A stretch of 64,000 nt of DNA from an uncultured bacterium (GCA_963813815.1 CAWFAD010000007.1:160001-224000); one strand, 5' to 3'. Shown: positions 40,212 to 50,221, counted from the stretch's first letter. Numbers and translations: made by a program. The notes: generated by a model not told the origin, from the letters alone.

Positions 40212-41486
40212 ATGAGTGAAAACGCCGCCATCGCCTTCCACCTGCCGCTTGCCGCCGTCATTCTGGCGCTGCTCGGCCTCTCCGCGTTCTTCTCGGCGTC
40301 CGAGACCGCGTATTTCTCGCTGTCGCGTTCGGCCGTGCTCGAGCTCGAAAAGGGCAGGCGCCGCGAACGGATGGCCGCCGAGCTCCTGCGCGACCCGCGC
40401 ATGCTGCTCGTCACGATCCTTTTCTGCAACCTCCTCGTCAACATCGGCGCGACGAGCGCCGTAACGGCGTTCGCGATCGGACTGTACGGCGAGGAGGGAG
40501 TCGGCATCGCCGCGCTGGTCATGACGGTCCTCATCCTCCTCGTGGGGGAGATCTCGCCGAAGAGTCTCGTCATGAAGCGCGCCGGGGCTTTCGCCGTGGC
40601 CGCGGCGCCGCTGCTCGACGTCTTCATGATCGTCTTCACCCCGGTTCGGCTCGTGCTCGGGGCCATCGCGTCGGGAACGGTCGAGGGGAGCCGGCGTCTC
40701 ATCGGCGAAAGCCGCGCGGAGTACGGCGCCCGCGAGCTCGCCACCGCCGTCGAGCTCGGACACCGCGACGGGCTGTTCGGCGCGTTCGAGAAACAAGTGC
40801 TCACGAATCTCTTCCTCTTCTCCGAGATCACGGCGCGCGAGGTGCAGACGCCGCGCCGCGACGTGTTCACGCTCGACGCCGACACGCCGCTCGGCGAGGC
40901 CGTCGCCGGCGTGCGTCGCCGCGGATTCAGCCGCGTGCCTCTCGTCTCAGGGGAGGGCGAGTCGATCGCCGGCATGCTCTTCGCGAAGGATCTGCTCCGG
41001 TTCTCGCGCGACGATCGCGTGACGCTGCGCGAGATCATGCGCCCCGCGATCTTCACGCCGGAGAGCAAGCGCATCCGGGACCTCTTCGGAGAGCTCATCG
41101 CCTCACGGCAGAATATCGTCGTCGTCGTGGACGAGCACGGCTCCTTCACGGGGATTCTGAGCCTCGAGGACATTCTCGAGGAAATATTCGGCGAGATCCG
41201 GGACCGGCGCGAGCCGCGCGTCGACGAGTATCTCCGCCTCGACGATCGCCGCGTCGTCGCGGAGGGGTCGATGAGCATCCGCGACCTCAACGCGCTCCTC
41301 GGTACGGCGCTCGAATCGCTCGAGGTCGAGACCGTGGCGGGGTATCTCGTCGAACGGATCGGCCGGATCCCGCGCGAGGGAGAGGCGTTCGAGATCGACG
41401 GCATTCGATTCCTCGTGATTTCCGCGGAGCCGGTGCGCGTATCGAAGCTCAAGATCGAACGGATCACGGAGGTCGAGGAGCGATGA
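40212..41486 (+). CDS. CNNM/hemolysin family (DUF21-CBS-CorC)
   Basis: FFSASETA, GEISPK, SRVP, VVDEHG...LEDILEEIFGEI, CorC domain. Confidence 0.93.
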   Translation: MSENAAIAFHLPLAAVILALLGLSAFFSASETAYFSLSRSAVLELEKGRRRERMAAELLRDPRMLLVTILFCNLLVNIGATSAVTAFAIGLYGEEGVGIAALVMTVLILLVGEISPKSLVMKRAGAFAVAAAPLLDVFMIVFTPVRLVLGAIASGTVEGSRRLIGESRAEYGARELATAVELGHRDGLFGAFEKQVLTNLFLFSEITAREVQTPRRDVFTLDADTPLGEAVAGVRRRGFSRVPLVSGEGESIAGMLFAKDLLRFSRDDRVTLREIMRPAIFTPESKRIRDLFGELIASRQNIVVVVDEHGSFTGILSLEDILEEIFGEIRDRREPRVDEYLRLDDRRVVAEGSMSIRDLNALLGTALESLEVETVAGYLVERIGRIPREGEAFEIDGIRFLVISAEPVRVSKLKIERITEVEER

Positions 41487-42484
41487 GCCCGCTTCAGTCG
41501 ATCGTCGTCATCGTCGTCACGGTGCTGATGGCCGCGTTCGCTTCGGGCTCGGAGACGGCGGTCGTCTCCTGCAGCAAGGTGCGGCTCAACGCGAAAGTCC
41601 GGGCGGGTTCGCGCCGGGCGCGCCTGCTCGAGGATCTCATCGGGTCGCCGGAGCGTTTCTTCGCCATCGTGCTCGTCGCGACGAACATCTCGGTGATCGC
41701 CTGCACCGCCGCGGCGACGGGCCTCGCCGTGACCTACTTCGGCGACCGGGGGGCCATGGTGGCGACGGCGGTCATGGTGCCCGTCTTTCTCATTTTCGGC
41801 GAGGTGATCCCGAAGGCGGTGTTTCTCTACCACGCGGACCGCGTGGCGATAGCGGTGGCCCCCGGACTGAAAGTCCTCGGCATTCTTCTCTGGCCGCTCG
41901 TGACCCCCTCCACGCTGCTCGTAAGGGGCCTCATGCGCGCCGCGGGCATGAGCTCGAGGCGGTTCAACATTCTCTCGACCCGCGAGGAGCTCGCGTTCCT
42001 GTATCGAACGGGCAAGACGGAGGGGGCCCTCGAGAGGCGGGAGGGGCTCATCATCGATCGCGTGTTCCGATTCGGCCAGGTCACGGTGCGGGATCTCATG
42101 GTGCCCATGGAACGGGTTGTTTCGTTCCCCGTGACGGCCTCGGTCGACGAGGTGATCGCGGAGGCGAACCAGCACACCTTTTCGCGATTTCCGATCGTCT
42201 CGTCCGGCGGCCGGCGCGTCGTGGGGATCGTGTCGCTCTTCGATCTCCTCGGGCTCGACGGCGGGGAGAAGCTCGACGCCGTCATGCACCGGCCGCTCTT
42301 CACCCGGGAGAACGAAACGGCCGAGCGCCTGCTCGTGCTCATGAAGGACGAGGCGATGCACATGGCGGTCGTCGCCGGCGACGGCGGGGAGGCGCGCGGC
42401 ATCGTGACGCTGGAGAACATCCTCGAGAGCATCGTGGGCGACATCTACAACGAATATCAGGACGCTTCGTTCGGCGAGCTGTAG
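41483..42484 (+). CDS. CNNM family (DUF21-CBS) protein
   Basis: SGSETA, FGEVIPK, FSRFP, GIVTLENILESIVGDI. Confidence 0.9.
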   Translation: MSPLQSIVVIVVTVLMAAFASGSETAVVSCSKVRLNAKVRAGSRRARLLEDLIGSPERFFAIVLVATNISVIACTAAATGLAVTYFGDRGAMVATAVMVPVFLIFGEVIPKAVFLYHADRVAIAVAPGLKVLGILLWPLVTPSTLLVRGLMRAAGMSSRRFNILSTREELAFLYRTGKTEGALERREGLIIDRVFRFGQVTVRDLMVPMERVVSFPVTASVDEVIAEANQHTFSRFPIVSSGGRRVVGIVSLFDLLGLDGGEKLDAVMHRPLFTRENETAERLLVLMKDEAMHMAVVAGDGGEARGIVTLENILESIVGDIYNEYQDASFGEL

Positions 42485-42523
42485 CGCCGCGCCTCCGCGA
42501 GAGCGCGCGCGGGAAGGAATGCC

Positions 42524-43621
42524 ATGCAGGAGGGCGATGTGGGGAGCGCGCGCGCGGCGTACCCCCTGCCCGTGCCCCTCGGTCGAAGACGCATGGCGAT
42601 TCTCGCCGAGGGATGCTTCTCGCCGCTCGGGGCGAAGACGGCCGCGTGTCTCGTCCGGTACGTCCCGGGCGAGGTCGTCGCCGTCATCGATTCCACGCTC
42701 GCGCCTTCGACGGCCGAACGGGCGCTCGGTTTCGGAAGCGACATCCCGGTCGTCGCCTCGCTGGCGGAGGCGCTCGGGCGCGGGCCCGACACGCTCGTTC
42801 TCGGCGCCGCGCCGCGCGGCGGGCGGATGGCCCCCGGGGATCGAGACGCCGTCAAAGGGGCGATCCGAGCGGGGCTCCACGTGGCGAGCGGGATGCACGA
42901 GTTTCTCGCCGACGACGAAGAGCTCGCCGCCCTTGCGCGGCTCCGGGGAGTCGTTCTCTGGGACGCGCGGCGCCCCCCCGGGGGGCTCGGCGTATCCTCG
43001 GGCCTCGGCTGTCCCGGCTGTCCCGTCGTTCTCACGGTCGGATCGGACTGCAACACCGGCAAAATGACCGCCGCCATGGAGATACATCTCGGGCTCCTCC
43101 GCGCCGGGATCCGGTCGGGGTTCGCGGCGTCGGGGCAGACGGGAATCATGATTGTGGGGGCGGGCGTCGCCGTCGACCGGGTCGTCGCCGATTTCATCGG
43201 AGGAGCGGCCGAAAGGCTCGTCCGCGAGACCGCGCAGGGGAACGAGGTCGTGATCCTCGAGGGGCAGGGCTCCATTCTCCACCCGGGCTACGCGGGGGTC
43301 ACCGTCGGAATGATCGCGGGAGCCCTGCCGGACGCATACGTGCTCTGTCATCAGACCACGAGGACGGCGGTCCGCGGCTACGATGTTCCCATCCCGCCGC
43401 TCGGCGAGCTCGTCCGGCTGTACGAGGGCGCTGTCGCGGGGATGAGAAGGATTCGGGTCGTCGGCGTGGCGCTCAACACGTTCGATCTCGACGAGAATTC
43501 CGCCCGCTCGGCGGTGGAGAGCGCCTCCCGGGAAACGGGGCTCCCCGCCGCCGATCCCGTTCGTTTCGGCGCCGGGCCGCTCGTCGGAGCCGTGCGGGAA
43601 ATGCCGCGGCTCCGGCGGTGA
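42524..43621 (+). CDS. DUF1611 family protein
   Basis: AKTA, SGMH, VGSDCNTGKMT, SGQTGI, EGQGSILHP, DPVRFG; start may be 42593. Confidence 0.88.
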   Translation: MQEGDVGSARAAYPLPVPLGRRRMAILAEGCFSPLGAKTAACLVRYVPGEVVAVIDSTLAPSTAERALGFGSDIPVVASLAEALGRGPDTLVLGAAPRGGRMAPGDRDAVKGAIRAGLHVASGMHEFLADDEELAALARLRGVVLWDARRPPGGLGVSSGLGCPGCPVVLTVGSDCNTGKMTAAMEIHLGLLRAGIRSGFAASGQTGIMIVGAGVAVDRVVADFIGGAAERLVRETAQGNEVVILEGQGSILHPGYAGVTVGMIAGALPDAYVLCHQTTRTAVRGYDVPIPPLGELVRLYEGAVAGMRRIRVVGVALNTFDLDENSARSAVESASRETGLPAADPVRFGAGPLVGAVREMPRLRR

Positions 43622-43657
43622 AGGCATTCGCTCGCCGCCGCCCGCCTCGAAGATCCG

Positions 43658-44665
43658 CTAGAGCCGATGGGGATTTCGCTCGTCCTTGCAGATCCTGAAG
43701 AAATTGCAGAAGCGGCAGAGCCCGCTTTCGATCGCGGGGAAGTGTCGCGGCGCGAGCGCCTCGTTCCGCGCGGTGTCGCCCCCCTCGAGCACGGCAATGA
43801 GCTTTGCGATGCCTCCCGCGATGCGGCGCTCGGCCGCCGCGATCGTCTCGCTGTTCGCGGCGTGCGCCGTCGCCGCGCCGCGCTCGAGGAGTCGCACCTC
43901 GTAGAGACGCACCGATTCGACCGGCACGCCGAGCACGCGCGAAGCGTAGTATCCGTAGACGCCGAGCTGCGCGGCCGCGTCGCGCCCCTCATCCGACGAG
44001 GAGTCGGGAGCCGTTTCGACGGGCTTCGTCGTCTTCCAGTCGACGATGCAGAGCTCTCCGGCGGCGCCGCGGAACATGAAATCGGTCTTCACGTACACCG
44101 TGGCGCCGTCGAATTCGAAGGTCTGGGCGAACTCCGCGGCGTCGAGGTTCTCGATCTCCCATCCGCCGCGATCCGTCGCTAGTATCTCCCGCAGCATCGG
44201 GCTTTCGAGGAGCCCTTCGATCGCCGAGACGCACTCGGTCCTCGTCCGGCCGAGCGCCGCGTCCGACGGGGGACGCCCGTACTCGTGGTCGAAGAGGGCG
44301 AGCCAGTCGATGTTGAGCAGGTTGCCGGTCTTTTTCGGCGTGGAGAGATACTGCTTCCCGCTCGAGAAACGCAGCTGCGCGTCGAATCGCTCGAGAGCGT
44401 ATCGGGTGACCGCGTCCCGCTCGGGGATGCGCCCCTTGGCCCGCATCGACCGGAGAACGAGGGACGCGACGTAATGCACGAGCTGCCCGCGCCAGAGCGG
44501 GAGGGAGACGAGACGTTTCAGGAGGAAGGCCTCGCGCACGAGCGCGGGAGCTCCCGCGCGCCATCCTCCCCAGCTGAGGTAGTAGTGGAAGTAATACCTG
44601 CGCGCGCAGGCGTCGAACGCCGCTTCGCGTGAGAGCGACCAGCCGAAGCGGTTCGCGAATCCCAT
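43658..44665 (-). CDS. PD-(D/E)XK nuclease (Cas4/AddB-like)
   Basis: WS.SR...F.AC.R.Y, GQLVH, KTD, IVDWKT, QL..Y, C-terminal CRFCNFFRIC. Confidence 0.85.
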   Translation of the reverse strand: MGFANRFGWSLSREAAFDACARRYYFHYYLSWGGWRAGAPALVREAFLLKRLVSLPLWRGQLVHYVASLVLRSMRAKGRIPERDAVTRYALERFDAQLRFSSGKQYLSTPKKTGNLLNIDWLALFDHEYGRPPSDAALGRTRTECVSAIEGLLESPMLREILATDRGGWEIENLDAAEFAQTFEFDGATVYVKTDFMFRGAAGELCIVDWKTTKPVETAPDSSSDEGRDAAAQLGVYGYYASRVLGVPVESVRLYEVRLLERGAATAHAANSETIAAAERRIAGGIAKLIAVLEGGDTARNEALAPRHFPAIESGLCRFCNFFRICKDERNPHRL

Positions 44666-44677
44666 GCGACCGGGGCC

Positions 44678-45259
44678 TCAGGCCTTTCTCGCGGTTTTCC
44701 CGCGTCCTCGCCGAGCGCGGGCGCCGGCCCGTTTCGTGCGGGCGGGTTTCGCGCGGCGCTTCCGGCCGGGCCGCGCGGCCTTCACCGCGGCGTGTCTCGT
44801 CCTCTTGTCGAAAATGCCGCGATGCACGCGGTTCTCGAGCTTGAAGGTTTCGAACTCGTAGTCGAACTTCATGCTCTTCTTGCCGCGAAGGGCCACCGCC
44901 TTGTCGGTGTACATGTAGAGGTGGTGCTTCGCGGAGGTGCGCTGCTGGGCGAACCGCGCGAGCTCTTCGCGCTCGAAGAGATAGACGCGAAGCGTGCTGA
45001 GATCGACGCACGCGATGACGTCGGCCTCCGTCTTGACGGGCACCCACCAATCGAGCGCCTCCTTGCCCTTTCCGCCCGCGCGTTTCGGCTGCAGGTTGGA
45101 GACGACGAAGAGGTAGAATTCGCGGCGCGGCTTCTTGAGCCTGACGACGAGGTCGATGCCTTCCTTTCCGGCGGCGGTCGGCAGTCCCTCGCGGATCAGC
45201 ATCGACTGCACGAAGTATTTTCCGCTGAGACCTATCATGTTCTTCGGAATCTCTTTCAT
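44678..45259 (-). CDS. Hypothetical protein, restriction-endonuclease-like fold, with basic Lys/Arg/Ala tail
   Basis: GLSGKYFV.S.L..EG...GIDLVV pattern; overlaps acpS stop. Confidence 0.55.
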   Translation of the reverse strand: MKEIPKNMIGLSGKYFVQSMLIREGLPTAAGKEGIDLVVRLKKPRREFYLFVVSNLQPKRAGGKGKEALDWWVPVKTEADVIACVDLSTLRVYLFEREELARFAQQRTSAKHHLYMYTDKAVALRGKKSMKFDYEFETFKLENRVHRGIFDKRTRHAAVKAARPGRKRRAKPARTKRAGARARRGRGKTARKA

Positions 45260-45672
45260 GAGGAGGCTCCTTTCCCTCGCTCCGGCGCGCCGGAGACGGT
45301 TTCGAGAATCACGATCGCTTGAGCGTTGTCGCCGTCGTGCGCGAGGCTGAGGTGGCATCGCGCCACGCCGTTCGCCTTCAGCATCTCCCCGAGCCGGCTC
45401 GAGAACTCGAGCTCGGGCTTTCCCCGCTCTCCGGTTCTCACCGTGATGTCGCGGAGATTGACGCCGGGAACGAATCCCGTTCCGAAGGCCTTGACGAAGG
45501 CCTCGCGGGCGGCGAAGCGAGCCGCGAGAAAGACCGCGCGGCGTCCCCGCCGCGCGCTCTCCCCGATCTCGCCGGCGGAGAAGACTCTCCGGAGAAACCG
45601 TTCTCCCCGCATCGCGATGATTCTTTCGAATCGCGCGATCGATACCGTATCTATGCCCGTTCCGAATATCAT
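45256..45672 (-). CDS. acpS: Holo-ACP synthase
   Basis: GTGID, AARFAAREAFVKA.GTG, GKP, LSLAHD. Confidence 0.93.
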   Translation of the reverse strand: MIFGTGIDTVSIARFERIIAMRGERFLRRVFSAGEIGESARRGRRAVFLAARFAAREAFVKAFGTGFVPGVNLRDITVRTGERGKPELEFSSRLGEMLKANGVARCHLSLAHDGDNAQAIVILETVSGAPERGKGASS

Positions 45673-45871
45673 GACGGACGGAGCACGGATCCGCGGCGGT
45701 TGAGGGGGGACGCGATCGCTGCGCTCGTTGGCATCATAATGTATTTATACACCAGATTGTAATCATTATGCCATGGAATTATTACGGGCGAGTCGCCGGA
45801 AGTTCCATTCATTGAGATATTACGGGGTAGCCCGGCGGTAACGGCGCGGCGCCGCCGCCGGGCGAACCCCC

Positions 45872-47239
45872 TCAGCGCGCGATCGTTCCCATCGCCCGGG
45901 CGCGATCCGCCCGCGCGACGAGGTAATCGATTTTCGCTCCGGCGAGCGCCGTTTCGGCCTGCGCGAGCAGCGTCTGGGCGTCGAGAAGCTCGGTGTTCGT
46001 CGAGAGCCCCTCCTTGAGGCGCTCGTTCGTCACGCGGAAATTCTCCCGTGCCGCCTCGATCGCCTCGCGCGAGACGTCTATCTCGCTCCACGCCTCGCCG
46101 CAGGCGAGGTGGGCGCGCGTGACCTCGAGCTCGACGGCGTCCTCGAGCGCCGTTCGGGCGTGTCCGATCTGCTCGAGACGGCTTCGCGCTTGGCGCGTTC
46201 TGTGGACGGCGCGTCCCCAGTCGAACACGTTCATCCGCGCCGCGACTCCTATCGACCAGGTCGAGTAGAACTCCGGTTCGTACTCGCGATCCGGATTGCG
46301 CCACGAGAGATCGGCGAAGAGGGAGAGGTCGGGGAGGTAGCCGTTGCGATGAACCCGTATCTCCCCCTCGGCGATGCGCCGGCGGCATTCGATCTCGCGC
46401 AGCTCCGGGCGCCCCGAGAGGGCGGCCCGGACCGCCGCGTCGAGATCGATCGTGTCCGGGGAGACGGTGTCGGCCCGGGAGAGGAGGAGAAGACCGGTTC
46501 CGAACGGCAGGTCGATGAGGGAGCAGAGGCGGTCCCCGGCGAGGCGCGCGGCGTTGCGGGCGCGGAGCAGCGCGATTCTCGATTCGGCATGGTAGACCTT
46601 CGTCTTGAGAACGTCGTTTCGCGCCGCGAGGCCGGCCACCCGCATCCCTTCGACGTCGGCGAGCTGAGCCTCGATCCGCCGCAGGGCCGTCTCGGCGAGA
46701 CGAGTGCGCTCCTCGGCCTGCACGCACGCGAGGTACGCGCGCGTCGCCTCGAAGACGACGTCGTGCGAGGCCCCCTCGAGCTCCGCCTCGGCGGCGTCCG
46801 CCGCGAAGCGGGCTCCGTCGTACCCGTTTCTGATCCTCCCGCCCGCGAAGAGCGGCTGCTCGATTCTGAGGGAGGCCGAATAGTTGTCCCTGCGGCCGAT
46901 CTCGATCTTGTCCGGAAGGGCGCCCGGGGGGAGCGAGCCGCCCGTCATCTGGCCGATGATCGCGGCCGGCAGATAGGGAGCGACGTCGAGCCGCGTGTAC
47001 GCCGCGCTTCCGGCGATCTGCGGGAAAAAGGCGGTTCGCATCTCGCTCGCCCTGCCGCCGGCCTCGCTCGCCCGCTCGCGGGCCGCGAGCAGCAGCGGGC
47101 CGCGGGCGACGGCGAGCCGGACGCACTCCTCGAGGGATAGCGGCACCGGGGCGCTCTCCGCGGCGCCGCCCGGAGCGGAGGAGAGCGGGGTCGTTCCGAA
47201 CGCGAGAACGGCGATGAACGCGCCGAGCAATCGTCTCAT
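45872..47239 (-). CDS. TolC family outer membrane efflux protein
   Basis: LSLEECV..A, QPLFAGG, VFDWG, G.STNTELLDAQ. Confidence 0.92.
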   Translation of the reverse strand: MRRLLGAFIAVLAFGTTPLSSAPGGAAESAPVPLSLEECVRLAVARGPLLLAARERASEAGGRASEMRTAFFPQIAGSAAYTRLDVAPYLPAAIIGQMTGGSLPPGALPDKIEIGRRDNYSASLRIEQPLFAGGRIRNGYDGARFAADAAEAELEGASHDVVFEATRAYLACVQAEERTRLAETALRRIEAQLADVEGMRVAGLAARNDVLKTKVYHAESRIALLRARNAARLAGDRLCSLIDLPFGTGLLLLSRADTVSPDTIDLDAAVRAALSGRPELREIECRRRIAEGEIRVHRNGYLPDLSLFADLSWRNPDREYEPEFYSTWSIGVAARMNVFDWGRAVHRTRQARSRLEQIGHARTALEDAVELEVTRAHLACGEAWSEIDVSREAIEAARENFRVTNERLKEGLSTNTELLDAQTLLAQAETALAGAKIDYLVARADRARAMGTIAR

Positions 47240-47422
47240 GGATCGTTCCTTCCTTTCCTGCGGTCAAAACGGGCGGATGGAACCCCGCGCGGAAGCGGGC
47301 GCTCGATGACAGTTTAATATTGATTTCGCCGCTTGAATATAGTAGCTTTTGCCGGATTTTTCCGGTTGGCGCGAACGCGGCGAGGCCGGCCGCGGAGCCG
47401 TTCGAAACGTCGAGGGTGGGCA

Positions 47423-48004
47423 ATGAAATCTCTCGTTCTCATCATCGTGAGCGCGGTGTTCGTCAACAACTTCGTTCTCAACCGGTTCCTCGGCATCTGT
47501 CCCTTTCTCGGCGTCTCGAAACGGGTCAACACCGCGCTCGGCATGAGCGCCGCCGTCGTTTTCGTCATGACGATGGCCTCCGCCGCCACCTGGCTCGCCT
47601 ACGAGTACCTGCTCGTGCCCTTCGATCTCGTTTACCTCCAGACCGTCACTTTCATCCTCGTCATCGCGGCGCTCGTGCAGGTCGTCGAGACGGTGCTGCT
47701 CAAGTTCAGCCCGGCCCTCTACAAGGCGCTCGGAATCTACCTGCCGCTCATCACCACGAACTGCGCGGTGCTCGGCGTCGCGGTGCTCAATATCCAGAAG
47801 GAATACAACCTACTCGAGACGACGGTATTCGGGTTCGGGGCGGCGGTCGGATTCGGATTCGCCATGCTCATCTTTTCGGGCATACGCGAGCGGATCGAGC
47901 TGTGCGACACGCCGGTGCCGTTCAAGGGAACGGCGATCGGCCTCGTGACGGCGGGGCTTCTGGCTCTCGCCTTCTGGGGATTCACCGGGCTCGTGAAGAT
48001 TTGA
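47423..48004 (+). CDS. rnfA: Rnf complex subunit A
   Basis: FLGICPF, LPLITTNCAVLG. Confidence 0.96.
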   Translation: MKSLVLIIVSAVFVNNFVLNRFLGICPFLGVSKRVNTALGMSAAVVFVMTMASAATWLAYEYLLVPFDLVYLQTVTFILVIAALVQVVETVLLKFSPALYKALGIYLPLITTNCAVLGVAVLNIQKEYNLLETTVFGFGAAVGFGFAMLIFSGIRERIELCDTPVPFKGTAIGLVTAGLLALAFWGFTGLVKI

Positions 48005-48020
48005 ACGGAGTGGTCGTCCC

Positions 48021-48863
48021 ATGATAACGGCCGTCATCGCTCTCTCCGCCCTCGCGCTCGTGTGCAGCTTCGTGCTCGCGCTCGTGGCCCGTGCTTTCGC
48101 GGTGCCCGTGAACCCCAAAGTCGAGGAGATCGAGGGGGCGCTCCCCGGGGCGAACTGCGGCGGCTGCGGCCTGCCGGGCTGCTCTGAGCTCGCGCGGCGG
48201 ATCGCCGAGGGGAAGGCGGACATCGACGCCTGCCCGGTCGGGGGCGAAAGCGTCGCGCGAAGCATCTCGCGCATCATGGGCGTCGCGTTCGCCGGAGGCG
48301 GCGCGCGGAAGGTCGCGCTCGTTCTCTGCGCCGGAGACGACGAAACCGCCCGCAGGCGGTTCCACTACAACGGAATCAAGGATTGCGTCTCCGCGGCGAT
48401 TCTTTTCGGTGGGGACAAGGCGTGCGGGTACGGCTGCCTCGGCCTCGGCACGTGCGCCGGGTTGTGCCCCTTCGGGGCGATCGAGATGTCGCCGCTCGGG
48501 CTTCCCGTCGTCGATCCGGCGAAGTGCACCTCGTGCAACAAGTGCGTGGTCGCGTGCCCCAAGAAGATCATACGCCTCGTGCCCGCCGACCGGCGGGTGC
48601 ACATCCTCTGCTCGTCGCACGACAAGGGTGGAAAGGTCCGCAAGGTCTGCGGCATAGGCTGCATCGCGTGCACGAAGTGCGTCAAGGAGGCCCCCGAGGG
48701 GGCGATCGTCATGCAGGACAACCTCGCGGTCGCGACCTACGCAGCGGAGATTCCGGAGTCGGCCGCGGCCTCGTGCCCGATGAGGACGATACGCGTGTTC
48801 GAGGAGGGAGGCTGCGGCTCCTCCTGCGTGGAGGCTCGCGCGGCGGAAGGGGAGGCGTCGTGA
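48021..48863 (+). CDS. rnfB: Rnf complex subunit B
   Basis: LPGANCGGCGLPGC plus several CxxCxxCxxxC(P) ferredoxin motifs. Confidence 0.95.
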   Translation: MITAVIALSALALVCSFVLALVARAFAVPVNPKVEEIEGALPGANCGGCGLPGCSELARRIAEGKADIDACPVGGESVARSISRIMGVAFAGGGARKVALVLCAGDDETARRRFHYNGIKDCVSAAILFGGDKACGYGCLGLGTCAGLCPFGAIEMSPLGLPVVDPAKCTSCNKCVVACPKKIIRLVPADRRVHILCSSHDKGGKVRKVCGIGCIACTKCVKEAPEGAIVMQDNLAVATYAAEIPESAAASCPMRTIRVFEEGGCGSSCVEARAAEGEAS

Positions 48864-50182
48864 GAGGCGGAAGGTTTTTCGGCGGGATTCATCCCCGGTA
48901 CGATAAGGAGCTCGCGAGCGGGCGGGCGGTGGAGTCGATGCCCCTTCCCGAGCGCCTCGTCGTTCCGCTCGCCCAAAATCTCGGCGCGGCCCCGAAACCC
49001 CTCGTGAAAAAGGGGGACGCGGTGAAACGGGGGCAGGTCATCGCCGAGCCGCAGGGCTTCGTTTCCGTGCCGCTCCACGCTCCGACCTCGGGGGTCGTGC
49101 AGGCGATAGACGTGTTTCCGCATCCCGTGGGGGCCGATCTGCCCGCCGTCGTGATCGTTCCGGACGGCAAGGACGAATGGGCCCCCGATCTCGACCGGGA
49201 GCGCTCCGCCGACGGTCTGGACGCGGGAGCGATTCGCGACATCGTGCGGGATGCGGGCATCGTCGGCATGGGGGGCGCCGCGTTTCCCACGCACGTGAAG
49301 CTCTCGCCGCCCCAAGATAAACCGATCGACCTTTTGATACTGAACGGCGCCGAATGCGAGCCGTACCTCACGGCCGATCACCGGCTCATGCTCGAGAAAC
49401 CCGCGGAGATTCTCGAGGGAGCGTCGTTTCTCGCTCGTGTGCTCGGCGTCTCCCGCGTGGTCGTCGCCGTCGAGAAGAACAAGCCCGACGCGATCGCGGC
49501 CCTCCGTCCGGAGGCCGAGGCGCGCGGCTACTCGGTTCGCGCGCTCGACGTGGTCTATCCGCAGGGCGCCGAGCGGCAGCTCGTCTTCGCGCTCACCGGC
49601 AGGCGCGTGCCCGCCGGCGGGCTCCCGATGGACGTCGGCGCGCTCGTGCAGAACGTCGGAACGTCGTTCGCCGCGTTCGAGGCGGTCCGGTTGAATCGGC
49701 CGCTCACCGAGCGGGTCGTGTGCGTGACGGGGCGCGGTGTGGCGGAGCCGAAGAACCTCCGTCTCAGAATCGGGACCACCTTCGGCGACGCGATCGCCTG
49801 CTGCGGCGGGCTCCGCGAGGACGCGGGCAAGGTAATCGGCGGCGGCCCGATGATGGGAGTGGCGCAGTATTCGCTCGAGGCGCCCGTGACGAAGGGTACG
49901 AGCGGCATCGTCGTGCTCGCGAAGCGCGAAGCGGTCCAATACGCGGGCGATCCCTGCATTCGCTGCGGGCGTTGTCTGCGGGCGTGCCCCATGCTGCTGA
50001 ATCCGTCCGTGCTCAGCGTCTACGCCGAGCGTCTGCGCTTCGACGAGACGGCGGGGCTCGGCGTTCTCGATTGCATCGAGTGCGGATGCTGCGCGTACGT
50101 GTGTCCGTCCCGCCGGCCGATGGTGCACCATTTCCGTCGGGCGAAGGCGGAGATCAGGAAGAAGAAGGCACAGGCGGTCTGA
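48860..50182 (+). CDS. rnfC: Rnf complex subunit C
   Basis: GGIHP, GMGGAAFPT, NGAECEPYLT, CIRCGRC, CIECGCC; GTG start. Confidence 0.96.
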   Translation: MRGGRFFGGIHPRYDKELASGRAVESMPLPERLVVPLAQNLGAAPKPLVKKGDAVKRGQVIAEPQGFVSVPLHAPTSGVVQAIDVFPHPVGADLPAVVIVPDGKDEWAPDLDRERSADGLDAGAIRDIVRDAGIVGMGGAAFPTHVKLSPPQDKPIDLLILNGAECEPYLTADHRLMLEKPAEILEGASFLARVLGVSRVVVAVEKNKPDAIAALRPEAEARGYSVRALDVVYPQGAERQLVFALTGRRVPAGGLPMDVGALVQNVGTSFAAFEAVRLNRPLTERVVCVTGRGVAEPKNLRLRIGTTFGDAIACCGGLREDAGKVIGGGPMMGVAQYSLEAPVTKGTSGIVVLAKREAVQYAGDPCIRCGRCLRACPMLLNPSVLSVYAERLRFDETAGLGVLDCIECGCCAYVCPSRRPMVHHFRRAKAEIRKKKAQAV

Positions 50183-50221
50183 CGGGCGGCCGCTGGCCGC
50201 CGCTCGCGACGGGAGATATTC

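Noticed and set aside
40154..43627. 1157-aa antisense ORF (likewise 213-2423, 21263-24397, 29469-32315, 10005-12626)
   Set aside because: Shadow ORFs of high-GC codon bias opposite well-supported genes; no recognisable motifs
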